Positions 46,717 to 54,554 of a stretch of DNA of 64,000 nt are shown here, piece by piece; within the stretch, counting starts at the first letter, position 1, and every line of letters starts with the position of its first letter. The stretch lies in IMG/VR virus record IMGVR_UViG_3300035182_002586, positions 1 to 64,000 of that record. One strand, written 5' to 3'. The notes under the pieces were generated by a model that did not search any database, had not been told where the DNA came from, and worked only from the letters and a program-made list of their open reading frames with translations. The position numbers and the translations under genes are program-made.

Positions 46717-47685
46717 TCAGCTCTGCGTGCCGGTGACGGCCGGCTTGTCGCCGCCGATACCCACGCCCGCGAGGATCTCGTCCACCGAGGCGCTGCCGTT
46801 CGCCTTGGTCTCCGCCTTCGGGGCCGCCTTGGTCTCGGTCTCCGCCTTCGCGGGGGCCGCCTTGGCCGTCTTCTTCGCGGGGGCCGCCTTGGCCTTCGGG
46901 GCCGCCTTGGCCGCCTTGGCCGCCTTCTTCGCGGGAGCCGCCTTCGGAGCCGCCTTGGCCTTCGCGGGAGCCGTCTTGGCCGCCTTCTTCGCGGGAGCCG
47001 CCTTGGCCTTGATCGGCTTCGGCGACTTCGCAGGCGCCTTGCCGGCCGCCTTGGCCTTGAACTCCTCGTACGCCTTGGCGACGTCGGCGACGACGTTGGG
47101 CTTCACGCGGTAGAAGCCGCGCCCCTTGCCCTCGACGCGCTCGAAGGTCTCCTTGTTCTGCGAGAGCATGTAGCCGATGTACGTCTTCTGATCCGACGTG
47201 TCGGCCTGCCAGCCCTTCTGCTCCAGGAGCGGGACGATCTCGGCCGCGTTCATGGTCTTCTCGCCCATGACCGTCGCGATCGCGACCCGGATGGTCGGAC
47301 GCAGCCCTTCCGCGACCGCCCTGCGACCCGCGGTCGCCCTGCGGTTCAAGGTCTTCGCAGGGGCCGCCTTGGCCTTCGCAGGGGCCGCCTTGGCCGCCTT
47401 CTTCGCCGGGGTCTTGGCCGCCTTCTTCGCCGGGACCGCCGCCTTGGCCTCCACCTTCACGGGAGCCGCCGCCTTGGTCTCGCCCTTCTTGATGCCCATG
47501 TCCACGCCGTAGACGGCATCGAACTTGGCCAGACGATCCTGCGCCGTCTTGGAGACCGTCTTGGCCTCGTTGTACTGCGGGACGAGCTTCTCGATGCGGG
47601 TCTTGAGATCCGCCTCGACTTTGGCCGCCTGCTGCACTTCCTTCACGTGGTCGGCGCGCAGCTTCTTGAGCGTATTTGCATCCAT
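46717..47685 (-). CDS. histone H1-like nucleoid protein with central winged-helix-like domain
   Basis: Lys/Ala/Pro repeats (APAKKAAK) flank a domain ending FERVEGKGRGFYRVK; N-terminal coiled coil. Confidence 0.75.
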   Translation of the reverse strand: MDANTLKKLRADHVKEVQQAAKVEADLKTRIEKLVPQYNEAKTVSKTAQDRLAKFDAVYGVDMGIKKGETKAAAPVKVEAKAAVPAKKAAKTPAKKAAKAAPAKAKAAPAKTLNRRATAGRRAVAEGLRPTIRVAIATVMGEKTMNAAEIVPLLEQKGWQADTSDQKTYIGYMLSQNKETFERVEGKGRGFYRVKPNVVADVAKAYEEFKAKAAGKAPAKSPKPIKAKAAPAKKAAKTAPAKAKAAPKAAPAKKAAKAAKAAPKAKAAPAKKTAKAAPAKAETETKAAPKAETKANGSASVDEILAGVGIGGDKPAVTGTQS

Positions 47686-47730
47686 CTTGATCTCTCCTCT
47701 GTTCTGCATCTGTGACCCTACAAGGGCCCG

Positions 47731-47795
47731 AGACTAGTCTAGTACCGAAATTCGTGCAACGACCCCAATGAAGTCTTCCTCACTGGGGGTGTCAA
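47731..47795 (-). promoter_or_regulatory. two tandem sigma70-type promoters
   Basis: TTGACA-17-TTCATT (47795-47767) and TTGCAC-17-TAGTCT (47759-47731) upstream of the histone-like gene. Confidence 0.65.
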
Positions 47796-47813
47796 GTACC
47801 CAAAGAGGGTTTT

Positions 47814-48149
47814 CTAGTCCCCCCCGAGAACACGCAGGATCCTGGACACCCTAGGATCCGTCGAACCCTCCTTGAAGTTGTCGTAGTGGCACTGCTTCAT
47901 CTGGTAGCACGTGGCCACCACCCCGGGCCCTGCTTTGAGCCCCTCGCAAGACTCACACTGAGAAGTCCCGAAGTTCACCCGATACCGGAGTTGAGCTGCC
48001 TCGAACGCCAGCTCGCGGTGCGAGGCAGCAAGACCTACGGACGCCTGGTAGGCCGCTGCGGGGTCTCCTGCCTCGAAGGCGTGTAGAAGAGCCTCGATCA
48101 GCCGCTCCCCGTCGGCTCCGGGAATTCGCGAAGCAGGTCGGCTTCGCAA
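47814..48149 (-). CDS. hypothetical Cys-containing protein (start uncertain)
   Basis: Protein-like from ERLIEALL; CESC...CYQMKQC; only a TTG start is available nearby. Confidence 0.5.
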   Translation of the reverse strand: MRSRPASRIPGADGERLIEALLHAFEAGDPAAAYQASVGLAASHRELAFEAAQLRYRVNFGTSQCESCEGLKAGPGVVATCYQMKQCHYDNFKEGSTDPRVSRILRVLGGD

Positions 48150-48346
48150 ATGATGCCCATGGCCCTCAGATGTGCCTCCGACCTCCCGTCGGCCTTCGCT
48201 TTCTGCAAGCCAGTGAGCCTCCGGTCCCCCTTCTCGACCGCCCTCTCGATCGCCCGATCGATGAGCGCCGTCCACCCCCCGGCGGTCTGCGGGTGACGTT
48301 GCCTCGGAGCCTGCGGCCCCGTGTTGAAGACCCTCGACTTTGCCAT
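48098..48346 (-). CDS. hypothetical protein
   Basis: GGAGG RBS before ATG. Confidence 0.6.
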   Translation of the reverse strand: MAKSRVFNTGPQAPRQRHPQTAGGWTALIDRAIERAVEKGDRRLTGLQKAKADGRSEAHLRAMGIICEADLLREFPEPTGSG

Positions 48347-48361
48347 GGGACACCTCCAGCC

Positions 48362-48778
48362 TCACGCCGATGTAGTGGTCTCACCAGCGCTCAGGGCAGG
48401 CGCCGGGGGTTCGACCATCGCCCCCACATCCGGGAGCGGGTTCTCCGCGTCCCACGAGGCTGCGATCTCTTCGTAGAGTTCCTGCACGGCTTCCGGCTGG
48501 AGCTTCGCCACGTGGGCGATGACCCCGAGGATCGCAGCGCTATCGCGGTGGACCTTGCGTTCGAGGTCAGCCTTCTCCTGGATCAGCCCCGCGCACGCCT
48601 GCTGTACCTCGACGAGCCGAGGCATGATCTCCTGCACAAGGCCGAGCAGGTCGTTGAGCTGCTTCACCTTGTCCAGGTTCGAGAGTGCCTTCACGGCATC
48701 CCCGAGCGCGGCCAGGTTCGGCACGCCGGCCATTGCCTTGCGCGCCTGGTTGCGCGCGATCTTCCGTCCGATGCTCAT
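48362..48778 (-). CDS. hypothetical coiled-coil protein
   Basis: GAGGA RBS. Confidence 0.7.
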   Translation of the reverse strand: MSIGRKIARNQARKAMAGVPNLAALGDAVKALSNLDKVKQLNDLLGLVQEIMPRLVEVQQACAGLIQEKADLERKVHRDSAAILGVIAHVAKLQPEAVQELYEEIAASWDAENPLPDVGAMVEPPAPALSAGETTTSA

Positions 48779-48799
48779 TTGATCCTCATCTAGGTAGGT

Positions 48800-49165
48800 C
48801 TACTGCGAGAAGGGAGGTTGCCCCCTGAAGATCGCGTAGAAGGGGATCGACGCTGCCGTGTTGTTCCGGTTCACGTCGTTCTGAATCTCGTCGTCCTGTT
48901 CCGTTACCGGCAGCCGAGGCGTCGTCTCTGCGATCTCTCGGAGTCGGGGGTCCGTCGTGACACGCAAGAGGTCGGCTCGCGCGACATCGTTGCGTTCGAC
49001 GGAGAAGATCACCTGCGCCTCCGTCAGCGTGTCGAGGAGACAGATGCCGATCCGACCCTCTTCGGCTCGCTCCACCCACAGGTTGTCGGTGGTGTCCCCG
49101 TCACACAGAGTCCCTGCCGTAGGGGGCGGACAGGGAGGGGCATTCGGCGGGCGCTGGTTCGACAT
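48800..49165 (-). CDS. hypothetical protein
   Basis: GAGG RBS. Confidence 0.6.
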   Translation of the reverse strand: MSNQRPPNAPPCPPPTAGTLCDGDTTDNLWVERAEEGRIGICLLDTLTEAQVIFSVERNDVARADLLRVTTDPRLREIAETTPRLPVTEQDDEIQNDVNRNNTAASIPFYAIFRGQPPFSQ

Positions 49166-49208
49166 GTCGGTGGCCTCTGATCTCTAGGGGTCGGAAAGGA
49201 AGACTATC

Positions 49209-49502
49209 CTATCCGACCCCCAAGGGCTGCACCCAATCCGCTCGTAGAACCACCCTCTGGTCGTGCCCGCCTTCACAGGCCAGACGTACACGCCAGTAGA
49301 GGTAGGGCTTGCGCCTCCGGAGAGCGTAGGCAGTGGGGGTCGCCCGTAGCGAACACCCCGGCGTGGAGCACGTGACCCTGCCGAGGAACTCAGCGATCGC
49401 TTCGGGTGCGGGCATAGCCACAGCCGAAGCGATCTCCTCGTCCGAGAGGTCCTCGGAGTCCTCGTGAAGAGAGACTCCGGCTTCCTCAGGTCGCAGGGCC
49501 AT
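49209..49502 (-). CDS. hypothetical Zn-ribbon-like protein
   Basis: CSTPGC...CEGGH; TGATG overlap. Confidence 0.55.
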   Translation of the reverse strand: MALRPEEAGVSLHEDSEDLSDEEIASAVAMPAPEAIAEFLGRVTCSTPGCSLRATPTAYALRRRKPYLYWRVRLACEGGHDQRVVLRADWVQPLGVG

Positions 49503-49813
49503 CAGTCGTCCCACGAGTCGCGACGACGACCCCCGCCACCCCCGCCCTTCTTCCGGCCCCCGCCACCCCCGCCCTTGCGGTACTCCTCGTAGGCGGGCGC
49601 CGCCTGCTGCACGACGACCGGAGCGGGGACGCCACCCCCATCCCGCGCTTCCTTCTCGGCCTTACGTCGCTGACGACAGGGCTTGCAGCGGGTCGGGGGC
49701 GTGAACTGACGCTCAGCGAAGAACGCCTGCTCCCCCGCGGTGAAGGTGAACTGGTTCGGGCAGTCGCGGCACTGGATGACTTGATCGGCGGAGTTCGGAG
49801 TTTCGTTGTTCAT
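49502..49813 (-). CDS. zinc-ribbon (zf-trcl, CxxC-x-FT.GEQ) protein with Gly/Arg tail
   Basis: CRDC..FTFTAGEQAFF.ER.F..P.RCKPCR. Confidence 0.85.
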   Translation of the reverse strand: MNNETPNSADQVIQCRDCPNQFTFTAGEQAFFAERQFTPPTRCKPCRQRRKAEKEARDGGGVPAPVVVQQAAPAYEEYRKGGGGGGRKKGGGGGGRRRDSWDD

Positions 49814-49882
49814 GGGAGGTTTCTGCCTTGTTCCTTATGTCGAGATGCGCTCTCGGCCGGCGCCTCGGAAGTCGAGGTCGAT

Positions 49883-50719
49883 TCAGCGAAGGACGGGAAG
49901 CGAGCGGGTCGTGTTCCGCTTCTTGCCCGAAAGCTCTTGATCTGCGGCGTAACAGTAGGAGCAACCGAAGACGCAGCTCTCGTTGATGGTGAACGGGTCC
50001 ACCATCAGAACACAACCGCAACCCTCGGAAGATGCACGGGGACGGTCAGGCAACGAGAAGTCGTCGGGAGGTGCACACACGACCGACGCCAAATTCGCCA
50101 CCGAGGTAGCCCCCACGAGAGTCCTGTCCTCATTACAGAGCCCGACCGCCACCCCGACGTCGGCTGCCGCTTGGGCGAGCTTCGTCAGAAGGGCAACCTT
50201 AGCCTCCGTACCACGCGTCTCCGCCATCCGGTCGTTGGTCTGGAGGAACGACAGGACAGAGCTGTGGATGCCCATACCCGCCGCTGCGGTGGCGATCTTC
50301 ATGAATCGGTCGACCACGACCTCATCAGGAAGCAGGGGGATCGGGCTGAACCGCCAACGCACGCGATCCACACCGAAGGCTTGGACGACCTGCCGGAGAA
50401 GCTCTACTCCCTGGTCCAGGGTCGGGGCGCCCTTCTCGACTTCCTCCCACCCGGTGAGAGTCATGTGGATGCGCACGTCGTAGGGGCGAAGCATCTGCCG
50501 GTCGCGCACGAGGTTCGTGGGGTCCCTGGTCCAGAAGACCAGGCCGAGCACGTCCTTGGGCTTGAGCGACCACCGGTCCGGCAGGTACTCGTTCTGCGCG
50601 AACGCCGTCATCCACCCCTGCGTGAGCTGAGCCTGGAACCACAACCACTTGGCTGCCGGCACGTCCGTCCAGCGGGAAAGGCTGTACGGCAGATTTGCGT
50701 CCCGACCCGTCTTCACCAT
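49883..50719 (-). CDS. DUF1848-like Fe-S (radical-SAM-related) protein
   Basis: SRWTDVPA, VFWTRDP, WRFSPI, C-terminal CVFGCSYCYA. Confidence 0.75.
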   Translation of the reverse strand: MVKTGRDANLPYSLSRWTDVPAAKWLWFQAQLTQGWMTAFAQNEYLPDRWSLKPKDVLGLVFWTRDPTNLVRDRQMLRPYDVRIHMTLTGWEEVEKGAPTLDQGVELLRQVVQAFGVDRVRWRFSPIPLLPDEVVVDRFMKIATAAAGMGIHSSVLSFLQTNDRMAETRGTEAKVALLTKLAQAAADVGVAVGLCNEDRTLVGATSVANLASVVCAPPDDFSLPDRPRASSEGCGCVLMVDPFTINESCVFGCSYCYAADQELSGKKRNTTRSLPVLR

Positions 50720-50763
50720 GAACAGCATATACACCAGATCTACGACCCTCAGGACGAGAAACC

Positions 50764-51399
50764 CTACCGCATGAGGGCGGTGGGCTCACGATCCACACGG
50801 GGCCCGAGCACAGCCGACTGGAAGGCGTCGGCAACCCTCATGGCGGTGACCGACACGGTTTCCAAGGGGTGCTCCTCCCCCTTACCGCAAGAACCGCTGC
50901 ACTGGCCACCGCAAGAACCGCTGCACTGGCCACCACAAGTACCCGTACACGACCCCCCGCAAGTGCAACCACCCTCACAGGCGTGCAGGTACCTCGCAAG
51001 CACCCGGTGAGCTGTCTTCGACTCACTCTTGTACTGCACGGGTGTAGAGGCGGGAGCCATGGCTTCCTCCCCACCCTCGACGGAAGGGTCGCGGGTATCG
51101 TACGTGTGGTAGCGGTCTCCTTGGTAGTCGAGCAAGGGGACGGTCCGTGCGAGCGCCTCTCCCAACCAACGGGCGATGTCACTCGTCCCGAGGGGGAAAG
51201 ATCCGTCGACCATCGCACTCATGTGGGAGAACGAGTACTCGAACCGGTAGGACCTCGACACGGGCTCCAGCGTCGGCAAGTTCATCAGCGTAGCAGGGTC
51301 CCAAACCATCGCCTCCTCGACAATACGAAGAGTCAGCCCCCCGTTCCCCGTGTGGAAGTAGGACTCTTCGAGGACGCGTCGGGTGCGTTCAGTGCCCAT
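50764..51399 (-). CDS. hypothetical protein with RVLARY tag and Cys-Gly repeats
   Basis: HRVLARYLHA followed by (C..G.C)n; 24-bp tandem duplication 50884-50931. Confidence 0.65.
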   Translation of the reverse strand: MGTERTRRVLEESYFHTGNGGLTLRIVEEAMVWDPATLMNLPTLEPVSRSYRFEYSFSHMSAMVDGSFPLGTSDIARWLGEALARTVPLLDYQGDRYHTYDTRDPSVEGGEEAMAPASTPVQYKSESKTAHRVLARYLHACEGGCTCGGSCTGTCGGQCSGSCGGQCSGSCGKGEEHPLETVSVTAMRVADAFQSAVLGPRVDREPTALMR

Positions 51400-51406
51400 G
51401 GGTCCC

Positions 51407-52297
51407 TCAGGCCGCTACGGCGCGTTTGGAGACGGGCAGGAACTCTGACCCGTACTCGTTCATGAAGCGGAGCAGCCCACCCTGGTCGAGGATGTCCTGG
51501 TAGAACGTGCCCGGGACCGTGGGGTTCATCTCCCACGTGCAAAGGCGCACCGAAGTGGAGATACGGTCCAGCTTCTCGTTGAAGAATCGGTAGAACTGCC
51601 CCTGCTTCTCCCCAGCGCTGGACAGGGCGACCATCGAGGGGCCGGGAAGGCTTGACCCCACCACCGAAGGAAGCACAGCCTGGTAGAGGTCGGTACCACC
51701 ATCGTCGTGGTAGTACGCCATCTCGTCGAAGAGGACGAAGCTGTGCCGCACCCCGCAGAGACCCTTGAACCCGGCTGAACGCACCGTGATTCTCACGGAC
51801 GAGTTGTGGGTCTTGCAACCGCACACACAGTGGTTGGGGCTCGGGATCTGGATGGAGGAGGTCGTCTCCTGCGAGGGGGTGACGTGGCCCTCACGGACCG
51901 CCTTGCGGACCCCTTTCATCATGGTCTGAGCCATGGCGCGGTCGATCGTGAACCCGGCCACCGTCATCGCGCCGGGGTCCCGCTCCGCCTGCGCGAGTGC
52001 CGCCATCGCACGCTGGTAGAGCAGACGTGCCCCGAGGTAGGACTTGCCCGACCGGCGACCCGCTGCGAGGGCAACGAGTTGCTCCTCCGAGTTCACCTCA
52101 CGGGTGTTGGAGCGCCCCTCGTCGTAGAGGTAGACGAGGAAGTCCTTCTCCGTGAACAACCGCACGCGTCCGGTCAGGGGATGGGTGAACTCGACCCGAT
52201 CCGTATCTGACAGAGGAACCCCGTCCAGTACTTTCAAGGCGAATCGCTGACCGGGGTAGAGAGGGTACGCCCTCTCCGCGTGCTCGATGGTGTTCAT
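51407..52297 (-). CDS. ATPase-only paralog of terminase large subunit
   Basis: LYPGQRF, LYDEGR.N.RE, GRRSGKS, FDEMA, LSS, TWEMNP, F..EYG..F are colinear with the N-terminal half of TerL at 61177..63204. Confidence 0.8.
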   Translation of the reverse strand: MNTIEHAERAYPLYPGQRFALKVLDGVPLSDTDRVEFTHPLTGRVRLFTEKDFLVYLYDEGRSNTREVNSEEQLVALAAGRRSGKSYLGARLLYQRAMAALAQAERDPGAMTVAGFTIDRAMAQTMMKGVRKAVREGHVTPSQETTSSIQIPSPNHCVCGCKTHNSSVRITVRSAGFKGLCGVRHSFVLFDEMAYYHDDGGTDLYQAVLPSVVGSSLPGPSMVALSSAGEKQGQFYRFFNEKLDRISTSVRLCTWEMNPTVPGTFYQDILDQGGLLRFMNEYGSEFLPVSKRAVAA

Positions 52298-52307
52298 GCA
52301 GAAGGTC

Positions 52308-53165
52308 TCAGTGCCAGACGGAGTGGTGAACGTCGTAGTCCACCTTGTTGCTCTTGAGCCAATCACTGAACTTGGCCCAGGCGATCGACTTGAGGGCGCC
52401 CGGGTTCTCCTTGAGGAGCTTGTAGAGCTTGCGAGCGCTCGTCGGCTTGCCCTCGTAGAGCGTGTAGTGAGGGTCACCGCTGTGGCCCATGTCGGAGTCC
52501 GGCGAGTAAGCGGACCACTTCGTCCACTCGATGTGGACCGTGAAGTCCTTGCCCTCGGCGTTGAACGGGTCGACGTTCTCCGGAGTCACCTCCAGGAAGT
52601 AGACCTGCTGCTCCCACCAAGAGGTGCGACGAAGGAAGTCCCACGACCCAGGCTTGACGCCCTGGATCGCGTCGGCCTTCTTGATCACCTCGTCGGCAGC
52701 GTCCGCCATCCCCTGGCTGACCTTTTCCTTCACCTGGTCGTAGGTATCCGACGCGGAGATGTGCTGCCTCCGGATGATGTTGTCCGGAATGAAGGCGTCG
52801 AAGTTACCGTGCTGGCTGAAGTGCAGGTTGGTCTGCACCGTCGCGACACGGAGCTTGCGCTTGCCCTTCATCGGCAGCTCTTCCAGCTTCCACTGGTCGT
52901 GCGTCCACGAGAGGCGGAAGTCCTTGCCGACGAGCTTGCCGTCCCACGAGCCCTGGAGGAACTTCGCTGCGACGCGGACCGCTGCCCCACCGTTCGTGAG
53001 CCCCGACGCTTGCTTCGTCAGGTACTCGTCCTGGTGGCAGGAGTCCGAGCCCGGGTTGACGTTCTTGCAGTAGATCGACCATGCGGTCGCCCATGCCTGC
53101 TCGTCCGAGTAGGACGGGTTGCCTTCCTTCACTTCCTTGAAGTAGTCGTCGACAGGCTTCGGCAT
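52308..53165 (-). CDS. hypothetical protein with internal RVAAKF tag
   Basis: AGGAG RBS; ChaB-like N-terminal helix (EQAWATAWSIY). Confidence 0.75.
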   Translation of the reverse strand: MPKPVDDYFKEVKEGNPSYSDEQAWATAWSIYCKNVNPGSDSCHQDEYLTKQASGLTNGGAAVRVAAKFLQGSWDGKLVGKDFRLSWTHDQWKLEELPMKGKRKLRVATVQTNLHFSQHGNFDAFIPDNIIRRQHISASDTYDQVKEKVSQGMADAADEVIKKADAIQGVKPGSWDFLRRTSWWEQQVYFLEVTPENVDPFNAEGKDFTVHIEWTKWSAYSPDSDMGHSGDPHYTLYEGKPTSARKLYKLLKENPGALKSIAWAKFSDWLKSNKVDYDVHHSVWH

Positions 53166-53205
53166 GGTGTGGGCTCCTATGGGGCACCCGCGATAAACAC
53201 TTCCG

Positions 53206-53865
53206 TTAGTGCAAATGACGCCCCCAGCTCGGGGCCGAGGTCGGATCGAAGGCCGTATCCTGCATGTCCACGAAGTTCGGCCAGTCGACGCCAGGCACGA
53301 CAAGCGCGATCTGGTAGCGCCAACGCTTGACCCCGTGCTCGTGGCCGGGCCCTAGGCGCTCCGCCACGTACCCGAACACATAGGACACGGAATCCTCGTG
53401 GTAGGGCTTCCGCAGCCGAACCCACGCACCCTCAGGAAGCTGCGGCTTCTCTGGCTCAACCTTCCGTCTTGCACCGGGCACCTCGACCCACTTGTGCACG
53501 AGGGCGGGCACGGTCGTGAACCCACTCTCAAGGGAGGCGTTCGTCCTGTGGATCCCGTCGTCGATGTGCAGTCTCCCCTCGTGCTCTGTGAGCTGTACGG
53601 GGGGCAGAGCCACACCGGCTGCGATCGCTGCCCGGACCTTCTCAATCCGGTCCTTGTGCCACACAGGGGGCACGCTGATGTGCGAGAGGGGCACCAGCTC
53701 GAACCGATACTCGTTGTGCCCTCCGAACTCCGCGTCCGACTCGGCCCTGGCCTCAGGGTTGTTGAGGGTGTGGAGCTGCGCGTGTACGACGCCTTCGTCG
53801 TAGCGGTAGTGCGTCGTCGACGCGACGAACCGCGCGGCAACCCGGAGGGCCAGCGGGGGCATCAC
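53206..53865 (-). CDS. ParB/Srx-like domain protein with N-terminal RVAARF tag
   Basis: LPPVQL......IDDGIHR motif. Confidence 0.7.
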   Translation of the reverse strand: MMPPLALRVAARFVASTTHYRYDEGVVHAQLHTLNNPEARAESDAEFGGHNEYRFELVPLSHISVPPVWHKDRIEKVRAAIAAGVALPPVQLTEHEGRLHIDDGIHRTNASLESGFTTVPALVHKWVEVPGARRKVEPEKPQLPEGAWVRLRKPYHEDSVSYVFGYVAERLGPGHEHGVKRWRYQIALVVPGVDWPNFVDMQDTAFDPTSAPSWGRHLH

Positions 53866-54131
53866 ACGTCGTCGGAGCGGAGGAGGTATTCGAGGCCCTC
53901 CTTGATGGACTTCACGAGCGCTTCGACACCCTCGTGGGTCGACTCCACCTGGTCGATCATCCAGTCGAGGGACTGCTCGGTGTGGAGCGTACGCGCGTGC
54001 TGGAGCGCCTTGTGGAGCGCAGCGTCAGCCACACGCAGCTCGGCGAGCATCGCCTTGGCGTTCCCCTCGATGTGAGGGTCCATCTGACGGCGGGCGTAGC
54101 GGTTGGCGACCTTCGAGGCGAGGGGGTCCAT
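53862..54131 (-). CDS. small helical protein with N-terminal KVANRY tag
   Basis: 89 aa; overlaps the next start. Confidence 0.65.
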   Translation of the reverse strand: MDPLASKVANRYARRQMDPHIEGNAKAMLAELRVADAALHKALQHARTLHTEQSLDWMIDQVESTHEGVEALVKSIKEGLEYLLRSDDV

Positions 54132-54164
54132 ACCCCGAAGCCCCTGATAAAAGGATCGGGCGCG

Positions 54165-54551
54165 CTAGAGGTCTTCTTCTCCGAGCCGTTCCCATGCGGA
54201 AGGGGCTGAAACGGACTCGACGGAAGGCTCGGGAGGGGAGGCCGCCAAGAGAGCTTCGGCAGCCTCACGCTGACGGTTGGCCTCCGTGATCAGGTCGTTG
54301 GCCAGCTCGTCTGCCGCTTGGACCACTTCCGGCCGCACGAACGACAGGTCCCCGTAGCCAGAAGTGTTGTACCCGAGCATCTATCAGAACTGCTCGCGAT
54401 CCTCCACGGGGATGTCCCGCCAGGCAGCGATCGTGTTCAGGTCGATGATCCTCTCTTGGAACAGACGGCCGATGATCCTATTCTCCCGGAACCGGACGAC
54501 CCCCTCACCATCCAGGTAGATCGGCTGCATCGGAGGCGGAGGAGGGGGCAT
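54165..54551 (-). pseudogene. hypothetical gene interrupted by tandem in-frame TGA-TAG
   Basis: MPPPPPPMQPIYLD...EDREQF-TGA-TAG-MLGYNTSGYGDLSFV...SAWERLGEEDL, all in one frame. Confidence 0.6.
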
Positions 54552-54554
54552 GGC

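Noticed and set aside
46790-47480. GCCGCCTT/GGCCTTC repeats as a DNA-level element
   Set aside because: Fully explained by Lys/Ala/Pro repeats of the histone-like protein.
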